Below, piece after piece: positions 52,740-64,000 of a stretch of 64,000 nt of DNA (position 1 is the stretch's first letter; the number at the start of each line of letters is the position of its first letter). Where the stretch lies: positions 28,458,001 through 28,522,000 of the forward strand of contig CDPCPM010000014.1 in assembly GCA_976551045.1 (NCBI GenBank), read 5' to 3'. Made by a program: the position numbers and the translations under genes. The notes beneath the pieces are model-generated. The model saw only the letters and a list, made by a program, of their open reading frames with translations, searched no databases and was not told the DNA's origin. The stretch is from Glaucostegus cemiculus (Eukaryota).

Positions 52740-52907
52740 CACAGAGTACAGCACAGAAACGGGCCCTTTGGCCCATCTAGTCCATGCCGACCTGATAGTC
52801 TGCCTAGTCCCATCTACCTGCAATCGGACCATATCCCTGCAGAACCCTCCCTTCCATACAACTATCCAAATTCTCTTAAATGTTATAATTGAACCTGGAT
52901 TTATCAC
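52740..52907 (-). mobile_element. CR1 3' end fragment
   Basis: gtacagcacagaaacgggccctttggcccatctagtccatgccgacc...ctcttaaatgtt. Confidence 0.8.
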
Positions 52908-53254
52908 ATGAAGTGCCAGGCTTCTTTTTTTACCCCCCCCCCCCCAAATGGTATTAGCTGGAACTATTGTTTGATCATCACATCCCGATATATTCCCAAC
53001 GAATTATACTTTACCATCTTTTACAAGGAAAACCACTGGCAGTTCAGCAATAGGAGACACTGCTTTGTAGGAAAACTCTTTTCACCTATAAGTGAGACTC
53101 CAAATTTGCAGCTGCCTCTGTTTATTTCCTGGTCTTATTTTCACTCTGGGCCTTAGTTCTTCCCACATTCTGACAAAGGTGTTCAACACTTGGGGAGGCG
53201 AGGCACATTAGCTTCAATGAGTTCAACAACTTCACTTAACAATGCTCCTATTCC

Positions 53255-53520
53255 TGTTTATATCCCCCCCTTTATTTTCCCTGCATCCTATTTTCTCTCG
53301 CTTGTCCATTAACATCCCCATGATTTTTCCATCAGTCACTTCTACTCAGGATAATTTACAATGGCCAAGTAAACTAAAATATAGCACATCTTTGCAATGT
53401 GCGTGTGGGGTGGGGGGGGGGGGGCAGGAACCAGTACACCCAGGGCGAATCTACATGAAGGAGAATGTGTAAACTCGGAGCATGCGAATCGCTGGAGACA
53501 TGACACAGTTGCACCACCTC
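53255..53520 (-). mobile_element. HE1-like V-SINE, diverged, with poly-G expansion
   Basis: aatttacaatggccaa...gcacatcttt...ggagaatgtgtaaactc aligns by eye to 45740-45940; G-run 53412-53424. Confidence 0.6.
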
Positions 53521-53689
53521 AGTGCCAGTGCACTGACTTTTGTTTCCTCATCAGTTCCATCGCCACCGCTTCTTGCCTTATCTCATCACCTTTCTCATTT
53601 AAATTCTCCTGCCTTCCATCTTATCACAGGGTTTCTTTCCTCTCCTCCCACAGTCCTATGCATCCTTAAGCTTGTTTCATCACAACGTT

Positions 53690-53770
53690 TTTTCAGACCG
53701 AATGAATGATCATTGCCGTGAAAAGCTAACAGTTTCTCTCTCCACAGATGCAGCCAGATTTACTGAGGGT
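53690..53770 (+). mobile_element. Penelope-type terminal-repeat fragment
   Basis: gaaaagctaacagtttctctctccacagatgcagccagatttactgag; upstream gagttcaacaacttca (about 53220) may be the ORF end of the same element. Confidence 0.55.
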
Positions 53771-56700
53771 TTAAGAGTATATTCTGTTTATATTTTAGAT
53801 AGGGTTTTACTATTAAATTAAAACTGTTCTGTTCTGGGGATTGTGCCCATTCCTTTCTAGCCCAAAGAATTATTCTAACAGAAGCCAGCTGACACATAGC
53901 AGAAAGTTTTGGAGCTTGCAAAAAATTTGACCTCATAATGATCATCATTTCATAACCATAAGTGATTGCAGTGCAGTCCCTTGTCTCAGTTAGTAACATC
54001 TCAAAGACATTATCCATGTAGACAGTTGGGAAATGAGCTGTATGTGGCTGAATTTCTGATGCACTATTGCATGTATCTAGTCTCAGTTTTTCTCAGAGTG
54101 TAAATGCAAAGTAACTCATTAACTTAATATTTGGACTCCTACTGAAAATTAAATGTCAGGCACAACTGTATTATAGAGCCAGCATACTGCAACGTTCTGA
54201 GGTTTATTTATACCCAACATGGTGATGAGCAATGCAGTTGTAGTAGCAAACACTCAGTTCACTGTCAAAATGTACAGTCCCTCATTAGAAGCAATAAACT
54301 CCTCACCCAAAATAAGCTGGAGAGATGCAGGCAAACAAGTGCCACAGTGCAATGCAAACCGACAGGACAAAAAAAAAAGTAAGTACTGCTACATTTCACT
54401 TGTAAAGCTTTTATTTATATATATATATAAAAAGTTTTTTTTTAACTCCTTGGCTCCACTGTTTTTTCTATTCTCATTAGCTGCAATCTTTGTCTTGAGA
54501 CACTCTCAGGTATACTCTTGAAATGTAATCCTTTTAATAACTTGACTTGAGTACATTTTTCCACAGCTATACAAGTAGGAAGATTATATGTGAGATATTC
54601 AATGAAATTATCAGCCATTTCAGTGACTATGTGGGCAAAAAGTGCACTAGCTTTTTATAATTTGTTGTTACAATATAAAATTAATTTGAAACATTGTCAT
54701 GGGATGTAATATCTTCATGCTACAATTGGATGTTGCATATATTGCTCATCTTATTTAAAAACTAAACTTGATAGATTAACAGAATTGCAGCTGAGAACTA
54801 ATACAGCAGGAGAACATGTGCCATTACATGTGGGGTTTGGCAGTATTTGTATTGGCACTGAAGTAGCTGCATTCACAACAATAACTAACTACGAAGGAGG
54901 TAATGTTTGAATGGCCACTTATTCACCTACTAATCCAGTGACCTTTATGTTATTAGCTCTCAGGGCAGAATAACATGGACAGAATACTTCTTAAAGAGCA
55001 AAGAAGTAGGCACTGTGTAAACAACATTTTATGTGCAATAATCCTTCACTGCATAATAATTGTAATCTACATACTAGTGGGACACGCTGACACTACTGTT
55101 ATATTAAATAAACTGACTGAGCTTCAATAACTCAGGGCTGATGACTCTAATTGACATATTCCCATTGGTCCTGTAACATGGCCTCCTGCCACAACCACCC
55201 TAAGTAAACAAATAGACCTAGAAATTCCATTGAGTAGTGCTGAGTTTTTAAAATCATTATTCAAAGGAAATTAATCTGAACAAAATATTTTAATGCAATC
55301 AGGAATTCTATGTGTAGTTCAGTCCTCTGTTCTTCCAATACATCACAGAAAGGCCAGTGGAAGCATTGTGTTACACCATTTGGTATCAATACATGTTGAT
55401 ATCATACTCTTGCAGAGATAAACGTAAACCAATTTGGGCTGGTACTCTGCACAGATAAGATACTGGCTTGCACAATCAACACAAATGGTTTAAATTGTCT
55501 GTGTTATCAATACAACTGTACCAGTTCAAGTTAGTTTCACCTATGTGCTCAGGATCTTCCAATGAGAAGATGTGGTTTGCAAATATCCTGGGCCTCGACT
55601 GCAGAAGCAGGCTTTAACTGAGGAATGAAGGGGCTGCTCCTGGACTGCCACAAGCCAAGCTAGTGCCAGGGAGACCAGCAGTGAAGATTACACATCAAGG
55701 AGGTGATATTAGGGAGGTTCGCCAGTTATTCCAATGACAGTTAGCTTTAAGGCAAAAGATCAGGAAAGCAGAATTGGTACCTTGTAAAGCTCTGGCCTAC
55801 CACACACTTTATACATGACTGCATATGTGAGGCTCTGGATTCAACACCCTGTTGTATGCAATGGATTACAGGATCCGTGCAACAGAATATTGCTTCCCAA
55901 GCCTCAATTATAACTGCTATGAATTCCCTTTCACTGCTAATTGAACACACATACCCACATGTTGAACATCCTTCAGGGCACAATCTTTTATTGCATCTCC
56001 AGTGTTGTTATAACTAATAAACAGGATGAAGAAAATGCAATCTTTTAATGTGACCTATTTTTCTCCCAAATGACTCATAACAATGTCCAGCAGATAAATC
56101 TTTGACTTCTGGAGATACCCTTTGAGCTGAAAACTTGACTGTAGTTGCACTGATTTTTTGCTTTTCCAAATCACAGGTTTTGTACATCATTAGAATATTA
56201 CCAACACCCAACTTTTATCATATAGTTGTGAAATTCAAGTCTGAGAGATACATCAGGTTAAAGCAGCCCCACTCATGGAATCTTTATGTAGATCCATTCC
56301 TTCACTGAGAGATTCAAGATGAGGTCAATGTGGGGAATACACACATTATCAAACAAGAGTCAACAGCACAAAACTTTCCTTCAACTCCTCCTTAGTTTGA
56401 AAACCCCAGTCACAAATAGTATGTGAAATGGAAATATCATAATGCTATTCTTCTGACATGAATTCAGTACCATGGGCAGGGTTAATGATGGAAGAGTCAT
56501 ATGGTTTCAATGAACAATGTGAAAAAATGTTCAATTTCACAGATATCATGATCATCTTAATTTAATGAACAAAGAACAATGCAAAAAATTATCTCCAACA
56601 TTATCTTGAGAAGCAACCAGTTTGAACAAAATGCTTTAGAAGTTCTATTTTTTTTGAAAAAACAAAGGTGAATGAAGTTGGCACCAAAAACCAACATTAA

Positions 56701-59700
56701 ATAGGAAGTGAAATGTGGAACTGTTTTCTACAGTACAACAAACACCAAATCATAGTTTTTAAATCAGGCAAAGTACGGAGATCAAGACAAGATGCTTTAC
56801 ATGAAGGAGAGGCAAGAACAAGCAGCACTGTGCTGGTGTACCCCTTTAGCAGACAAGCTGGAGCTATGGACTTCCTTGAGCAGGTTCAGCCTATGGTGTG
56901 ATAGTCAGACACTGGCTATTTGTCAGAGGACAAGCAAAAGATGGACAGTTTAAAAAGAAATAAAAATCGGGGAGAAATTTTATGTTGTATTTCTTATTCT
57001 ATTTTATGCAATTCAATTGTCTCAAGGCTTTAAGTTTTTTTTGTGTGGGGGCATTTTTGTAACCATTTCTAAAATGGTGTCTGCATTAAATTGCAACTAA
57101 CATTCACTGTTATCTTACCTGTCTACCAAATATAAGTAACATAGCAAGTGTTTTACAATTCCTGTTAACTAGGGTAACAATGGATTAAAATATATGTGCT
57201 CCAGAGACCATAATGAATATTTATAAAGAAGACAATTAAGTTCCAAGACAATCAATACTTAATTGAATTGCCTGCGGTCTTTCTGAAACTCACTGCCATG
57301 CAGACATCACCAATTCAGTACAGAAACAGGGAATATCCCTAGAGCAGACTACGCTGTAAAGATTATCTCACATTCTGACCAGTGCACAAATAATTTATGA
57401 AGTTGTGCCCTTAAAGGGATGTCAATATTTACAGTGTTAACACTAGACTACTCAGTTGATAGATTAGTTGGCTATTGGCAAAGACTGGAAAAAATATGCA
57501 TTTTCCCATTAGGCAAATTATCCTTTAAGCATTGTTTGGGATTTTTGACCCTTGCTAAATGAATATATTGAAAATGAAGAATTCTATTTTTAGTGGTGAT
57601 ATAAATCACATTTGTCATCCTACAGAACTCCTTCAATAATCTCTGGGCAGTACCATAAGAGGCCAAGCAGATGACCCTCCCCAGGTCCTTACCTCTGCAG
57701 TTACATTGACAGATGCAACAGCAATTCAGCAAGGGCATTCCCTTTAATTCTTTTTCTCTGCAAGGGCATATTGACCCTGCCTCACGCAAGTGTCAGCCTC
57801 ACGCAAGATAAGAGGACTCTGAGGGACAATTGATCAGCAGTGCAAATTCACATTGGTCCACTCTGTGGCGCTACACATTGGTGCTTCAATGAGCTACACC
57901 ACTGAACTTTGCAACTTTTCAGCTATGGCAATTCAGGATTTGGTCAAACAATGATCATTTTCTTCTGTTAATCAAGCACTTGATGTGGATATTGAAAACT
58001 AGAAGGTTCTTCCAGACTGCTGGTTAAAGCTAACTGGAATTGCAAGAGAAGGAAGATTCTGCAGTATGCTGTTAGTTGTCATTATGCCAGTAAATGTTCA
58101 TTTTGTAAATTGCTTGACAAGCATATAGACTCAGTGCCACTTTCATTAATGGTGTCCATAAGCAGATATTGCTTGTATTGCATTAGTATTCTGTGAAAAC
58201 TCTGGATAACATACATGCTACAGATAGATTTTGCATAAAGGATAGTCAAACTGGAATGTCTCAGAAGCCTGAAACATTCCAGTTTGAGTTCTTCTTCACA
58301 TTTGCTGGTTATTTGTTCATTTCAACAATTTTTGTTATAGCTCACAAACTGATTTTCCATGCAATATATATACAGAACATATTCTGTAATCTCATTTAAA
58401 ACAAATTTTCAACTTCCAAATGTTTTCTGAGCCAACTGGAACAAGCCAACTCTTAAATATCAGACCCAGATTGTTAACTGTTCCTTCTCCTAGTCAATTA
58501 GACCAAAAAGTGGATAGCAATTATGCTCTCAGAGGCAATTCATTTAAGGACCTAAAATAACACTTTTTAAATCATATGGTGCAAGGGTATTGGTTAGAAT
58601 ACATGAACAATGTACATTCTCAAATCACTTAACACACAGGGAGTACAACAGTGCTTGTGAAATTCATGCGAGATCATTTTCCCAATCCTTTACTGGAAAA
58701 CAGTGATACTAGTTTTATATAATAGGCTGTTCATGTTCCACTCTACACAGACAAATACTGATTTGTACTATTTTCATTTAGCAGAGTCTATGTTACAGGT
58801 AAGCCAGACAGTAAAACACAAGATGGACAATACACACAGGAGCTATTTGATGGAGTCGTTTATATTGGTATGAGACAAACTCAAACACCTACTGATATGG
58901 TTAGACCTCCATATGTACTTGATTTATTTGATAATGAATATAGCTTTAGTTCAAGCATAACCTTCACCTTTGAAGGATTGCTGTTAACATCCTTGACTTT
59001 TATATCAAGGCAGAAGAGCACATTAAAAGATTCTAAATGTAACATAGACAAAAACAGGCTGGACTTCAACCACCCCATAAACTGTTAAAAGATGAGGGCC
59101 TCAACAAAACTTCATGAAGCTGCCATGTGATTAAAATGTAAAAAAATCCCTTCATTAATCTGGATTTAACTAATGCAGATGCCATTTAATTACAGGGAGA
59201 ATGAGGGAGTGGGAAATAAGGTATACATTCTGCTATATTTTACATACAAATATACTTTTAATTTGGTGACTTCTATACAAGCAGAAATTAGCAGCACTGT
59301 CAGGCTTCCCTAATGACTAATTCATAAAAGGCCACAGGATTCTCTGGACAGGGGAAAAAACAAAAATCACAGAACACAGTGCAATTGCTCCTCATAAAAT
59401 AGGAGATACTTCAGAGACGAAAGAGACGAGTAATGAACAGAAAGTTAAAGCAATAATTTAGCAGGAACGACAATCATAGAAAAGTGGTTTTAGGTAACCT
59501 TTGAAGGTAGTTCAAGAAATGTGGTGAAGTTACTTAAGGATGAAATTTCAGAGAACAGTGCAAAATGACCAAATAATTATCTCCAATGTTGAAGCAGGAG
59601 CAGGGAATCAACAATAATTAACACAGGATGGATGCATGGCAGCCAAAGAATATTGTTCAGTGTGGTACAAGACCATGGAGGAGAGACAAAATGTGTAAAA

Positions 59701-62506
59701 TGGAAAAATCTGCAGGAGACAGGGGCTGAATAATGCTGTCCATTATTTCGCTTCATGAAGCTGATGTTCCGTTTACATGTCAAACCCATTTGCTTTATCC
59801 ACTATTTTAATATTTGTGCTTTATTTGCTTCTTTTCCACCCAGGATCCAATTTTTTTTGCACTGAAATGTAGCCCGCATGTTGCAATTACCTTAACTGCA
59901 GTGAATTATCATTAGTCACAGAAGTTTGGGAAGAAAATATACAATTCCACATAGTTTCTCAGATTTATGCCACACAGCATACATTCAGCGTCACATTGTT
60001 TTCTGCCAGGCATGCTAGTCTGGGTTTAATAAGCAAACATTGCTGGTCTTGAAACAATTTTCTCAATCATTTCTAAATATATTAACATGTGAATAGCCCT
60101 GACAAAAAAAAACTGTACTTGCAACCTTTTCACACTTGTTTTATGACATCTTGCTCTCACTGGTTTATCTCCTGATTGCACATTTTTGGTCCAAATTTTC
60201 CTTCCATTACATTGAGTTTCTTATTTAACATACTTACTTGAAAGCAATAGAATAGTTCATAGCATTCACTTAACTGGAAAAAACGGACTGATAATGAAAA
60301 GTACTTCGCTTTGTTAATGATTACTTTCTCACAGCAATTATCGAATGTTCCTCCTGCATAATGTCCTGCTACTGCTCAAGTGTAGCAAAAAAAATGACAG
60401 TAGATTACCCATAATACCTTCTATTGAGCTCTATCCTGCAAGTCTATTAGTGAACTCATAACCCATCTTCAGCAGCCTTATCATTGGGGTTATTGCCTTC
60501 TCAATTTTGCCTCTTTTTGAGGTCATTCTTTTCTGACTTTCCATTAGTGATGTGAATACCTTTCCCTCATTTTCTATAAATTGGAAGTGTGGTCCCTTTT
60601 CTTTTCATTACCAAAACTGTCTTCTCTCAGTTCTCTATTATTGGGTTCAGGACCTTCTTTCAACAGATTATAATTGGGATCTGATATTTCTTTTTTTGTG
60701 GTGGATGTTGACCTTTCCTCCAACTTCAATTCTTATTGTAGACTTCCCATGTTCAGTGAATCAGTTGGATCACAACCTTCTTCACCAATTCAAGTTTAAA
60801 AAAAAACAAAAGAGCCTTCCCATAATGATGCTTCCACTTTTGCCTCAATAACCTACCACCAGGATAATGCAGTCTTTCATTTTATAATAGGGCACATAAT
60901 TACAAAGAATAAAAAAACTGACCTGAAATATCATTAAACTATTAGCATTACTAACAAGAGCCGAGAACCAAGTAGTGAAAATGGGATGTAATCAAACTGA
61001 CTGATCATCACTTCACCTTCTGTAATCTTGATTTTACTGGTCATATCCCATCAAGTATCCCATCTCTTTCTATCCTCTACCCATACCCCCATTCTCATCC
61101 CCCTACTCATGCACATGCCACTGCCACTCAATTAATGTCATGTTATTTCCATTTCTTTACTGCATTTGGTTAAACCTGACATAAAGCATGCTTGGCTTCT
61201 ACTCCACATTTTCCATGAATTATTGGAACAGTTCAGCAAAAGTGAACAATACTGCCAAATGCTGTTAAAAGGGATCAAATTAGATTCCTACTTGCTCTTT
61301 TGGTTAAGCAGAGATATAATCTGCTCTGTACAATTCTCTCTCCGATCCCCCCTCCCCTATTGACACAAGCATTAGGGAACAGAGCAATCACTGAGTGGTC
61401 CACACAATTGTGGATCAAATTCACTTTTGAGTCATCTTAAAAATATTTTTAAAAACATCATTGCGCAACTTTAGTCTATTGTAGTTTTGCATTCACAAAG
61501 GAAAGCAAATTTCCAAACAATGGCTTTCTCCAAGTTCATTTATTAAATAAACTTACTTAAATAACTAATTTTCGTAAAGGTAGAAATAAATGTTTGGCAA
61601 AAGACACACACATCGACTACTTTTCTTGGTTTGCTGAATTGGCTACTAAGTTATTGAAAACAAAGTTCACTAAACTGGAATCAGCTGTGCTTTCCCTCTG
61701 CAAAATCTATAGTTAGTGATCATAAATAAATCTATTTTTGACATGTATTCTAATATAAATATATTAAAAATGGAGTGATTACTTGTGACCGCTCCAGAGT
61801 ATCGTGTAATAATGACATGAAAAATACGCAGCATTAACAACTTCAGAAAATCAATTGATGAGCAAAACCTTACGCATTTTAGAATGGAAATAAGTCATTT
61901 TTTTGCGATATGTTTTAACAAATTAACAGTCTGTAAGAAAACGATAAAATAAACTATGTAAGGAAAGTGAAAGGACGGCAAACTAAGGTGGGTGGCAAAC
62001 GGATCTTGCCAAAGAGATCAGAAGTTGTTATTTTTAATTTTGTTTTAAAAAAGCTACAGATTACAAATAGATGGAGATTCGTATTATAGGCCCTCATATA
62101 AAACAGTTGACCACAAACTCCTGTGAGATGGTGGCTAAATATTCCCCTTCTATCCAAACCTCGTACCTTGACAAGTATGCGCCGATGCACTTTATTAAAA
62201 CATTGAACACTAGAGATACTTGTACCTCTCACTCTTGGTAAGACCACAGGACCAGCATGGTAAAGTGCTCTTGTACTGTTTATTCCTTTCACTGTAAACA
62301 CGACGCCCTTGTTAGTTTAGACAGTGCTAATACACTGTGGCGAAAAAGCCTCTGATCCGATCCACATGACGGTACACACAAGACTGAGCCGGGAGCAAAC
62401 TGGAGTACGGTGTGTGCGTGTGTTGTGTGAAAAGGTCGGGTTGCTTTTTTTTGTTCATTGGCGGGGTGGTGATGGTGGGGGGAACATAACAACATCTTGA
62501 CGGACA

Positions 62507-62517
62507 GAAGTAGGTCA
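62507..62517 (+). promoter_or_regulatory. RORE-like element GAAGTAGGTCA
   Basis: One mismatch to WAWNTRGGTCA; about 0.83 kb into intron 1, within the CpG-rich region. Confidence 0.4.
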
Positions 62518-63140
62518 GTGGAACACATGACACCGACTGATTGACTCTGTCCACAGTCCCAGCACTAACACAGGGCCCCAGAGCATCCTCCACACTGACC
62601 GCATGTTGAAACATGCGGTGACACAAGTCAGGATGGAAACAGCGAGGAAATTGGATATATTTATAAAAAGTTCACCAACTGCCCGACCAAAATAAACCAA
62701 AACACACCGACATCTGCCAACCAAGCGATATATCCCGTGCTTTATATGTGCCATTTTCCACTTCAATTTTACACAATTCTGATCCTATGCTATTCGCATT
62801 TGGACCCCAAACGCTGAATTTTGCTGGCATAAGACCCCTTGATTTTAAAAAGTATACATTTTTTCTCATCATCTCACAATTATTTCAACCAAACCTCAAA
62901 GCTGGAATTACAAGAAGTTCTCTGCTTGGAGTAAAAGAGAATACAGCCAGTGCTGCGCTGTAATGGGTGAAGAATGCCAAGCACTGCAACCATCTCTGGA
63001 AGCCCTGCCACAGATTCGTTCAAAAGTAGCCTACTGTAGTAAACAAAACTGATGTGACAGCTTGCCCAGCTCCCGCCTCCTGGACTCGTCAGATCTCAGA
63101 TGCAATGGAGCATATTATCAGCGATCATCAAAGTTTGATG

Positions 63141-63148
63141 TTACATAA
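63141..63148 (-). promoter_or_regulatory. D-box TTATGTAA (PAR-bZIP/NFIL3 site)
   Basis: Plus strand GTTACATAA; about 200 nt into intron 1. Confidence 0.4.
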
Positions 63149-63345
63149 AACGCGCAGCATTATTTAGAGCGCTGAGCCCTGCACAGGGAAGCCAGCAAAT
63201 AAAAGTTTGAAGCCACCATCCATGCAGACACCCTCCAAATCTAGATTCACGCGGGTTTACACTCGGGATATATTGCACGCGTGGTCGTCCTTCCCCGCTC
63301 CACCTATCACAGTATTTGTTCAGCAACTCCCAGACGATCTCTTAC

Positions 63346-63352
63346 CTCGCAT
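63346..63352 (-). CDS. RORB: First coding exon (7 nt, ATG CGA G, phase-1 intron) of a probable ROR nuclear receptor gene (NR1F; RORB-type N-terminus [11 protein letters not shown])
   Basis: Minus strand reads GTCGCCACC-ATG-CGA-G|GTAAGA: perfect GCCACC Kozak plus consensus donor, inside a CpG-rich promoter region. A Met-Arg-G 7-nt first exon followed by a very large intron is the known RORB1 structure. Exon 2 is not in the window, so another ROR paralog or an unrelated MR-x gene is not excluded. Confidence 0.55.
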
Positions 63353-63580
63353 GGTGGCGACTTCAAATGCAAAACGATCATGAATTTATATCAAAACCAA
63401 ACGCTCCGCGAGAAGAGAAGCGGCGGCTAGAAGGCGATAAAAAGGCTGTCAGTAGCTTGCTCTCCCACCATTGCTCATCCTCCCCCCTCGGTCTGTTATT
63501 ACTGTTCCGTTAGCGCTCCGAATCTGAATGGAGCATGTGGCCTTTCACATGACATCCGCGCCGTTCATCCGTATGTGAAT
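63353..63580 (-). other. Probable 5' UTR portion of exon 1
   Basis: Lies between the TATA-like box (63606-63612) and the Kozak ATG at 63352; CpG-rich; TSS inferred at about 63576-63582. Confidence 0.5.
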
Positions 63581-63680
63581 TTCACCGGGAGAGAGTGGGG
63601 GAGCTTCTTATAGCAGCCAGATTATTCTGTCACTTCCAGCTCCTCCCACTGACCAACAGCGACCAATCATTGTCAAGAGC
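63576..63680 (-). promoter_or_regulatory. Core/proximal promoter: CCAAT box (63663-63667), GGGAGGAG, ETS-like GGAAGT, TATAAGA (63606-63612)
   Basis: Minus strand: ATGATTGGTC...GGGAGGAGCTGGAAGTGAC...CTATAAGAAG, in canonical order and plausible spacing upstream of the exon. Confidence 0.6.
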
Positions 63681-64000
63681 ACACAGGGAAAATACAGTAA
63701 ATAAATAACACAGAATGTAAAATAACCTTCACTTGTAAGAGAATTATTTTACCAAGCTAGTCCTCACAATGGTAAAATATCAGATGATTTTTCATGATCA
63801 CCCTTCTCTATATTTAGTGTCTTCTTACTGTGTTATTTATTTTACATAGACACTTGCACACAAATAGATTTTAAGAGCGTTTTATTATAATTGGTAAAGA
63901 CAGTTCTCAGTCCTTTTACCAGATTTGCAAAGTAAATGATCAAGTGCCTCCAACTGAGGCTACGCGAGTCCAGGAAATGATGTGTCCTTTCAAATTATAA

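Larger units (their letters stand above)
1..63345 (-). other. Probable intron 1 (>63 kb, runs off the left edge)
   Basis: Begins at donor GTAAGA (63345); no recognisable host coding exon downstream on the minus strand; repeat-rich. Confidence 0.55.
61790..63670. promoter_or_regulatory. CpG-enriched (island-like) region over promoter, exon 1 and start of intron 1
   Basis: Dense CG dinucleotides (cgcg, ccgcg, cggcgg) against a CpG-depleted background; no recognisable transposon. Judged by eye, not computed. Confidence 0.7.

Noticed and set aside
43333-56061. Perfect ROREs at 43333-43343 (+) and 56051-56061 (-); Bmal1-type AAAGTAGGTTA at 10594-10604 (-)
   Set aside because: A rough base-composition estimate gives 1-2 perfect matches per 64 kb by chance; the 10594 site lies in a SINE remnant.
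57112-57145. ACAG|GTAAGA as a recursive splice site or short first exon (minus strand)
   Set aside because: Poor polypyrimidine tract with an intervening AG; the upstream ATG would give phase 0, incompatible with the phase-1 intron.
57686-57740. Possible alternative first exon MPLLNCCCICQCNCR-G|GTAAGG (minus strand, phase 1)
   Set aside because: No promoter or CpG context and no resemblance to the known RORbeta2 N-terminus (MCENQ...); likely chance.
13742-57807. Short direct duplications (13742-13785, 14005-14037, 36641-36665, 39603-39624, 57779-57807)
   Set aside because: Unrelated 11-20 bp two-copy slippage duplications; ordinary.
63385-63390. Second TATA (TATAAA, minus strand) close to the ATG
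   Set aside because: Would leave almost no 5' UTR; the upstream CCAAT/TATA arrangement is more coherent, though this is not excluded without CAGE.
1-64000. The many 60-143 aa ORFs in the supplied track as host genes
   Set aside because: Apart from those overlapping retroelement or transposon remnants they show no recognisable domains; many start at TTG/GTG; expected by chance in eukaryotic intronic DNA.

Overview
AT-rich eukaryotic genomic DNA with almost no coding sequence. The repeat complement (CR1, L2 and Rex1/Babar LINE fragments, V-SINE- and DeuSINE-type SINEs, Penelope-type hammerhead-bearing palindromes, decayed Harbinger pieces) points to a cartilaginous fish, probably a batoid (inference). 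The only convincing host-gene signal is at the right end. A CpG-rich promoter (CCAAT/ETS/TATA, minus strand) leads to a first exon ending GCCACC-ATG-CGA-G|GTAAGA, i.e. a 7-nt coding exon with a phase-1 intron. This matches the known architecture of ROR nuclear receptors starting [11 protein letters not shown] (RORB-type). The remaining ~63 kb would then be intron 1; exon 2 is not in the window, so the gene name is an inference. Most interesting: (i) about 11 short, often palindromic Penelope-type elements, several with recognisable but degraded minimal type-I hammerhead ribozyme cores, two with 13-bp target-site duplications; (ii) an in-frame 27-nt candidate microexon whose branch point lies in a hairpin; (iii) a D-box/E-box-like/RORE cluster and seven uAUGs around exon 1; (iv) two hairpins whose every non-Watson-Crick position is G.U on the + strand; (v) a V-SINE family with a Rex1/Babar-like tail. 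Repeat family names come from recognition by eye, not database searches, and repeat boundaries are approximate (+/-10-30 nt).
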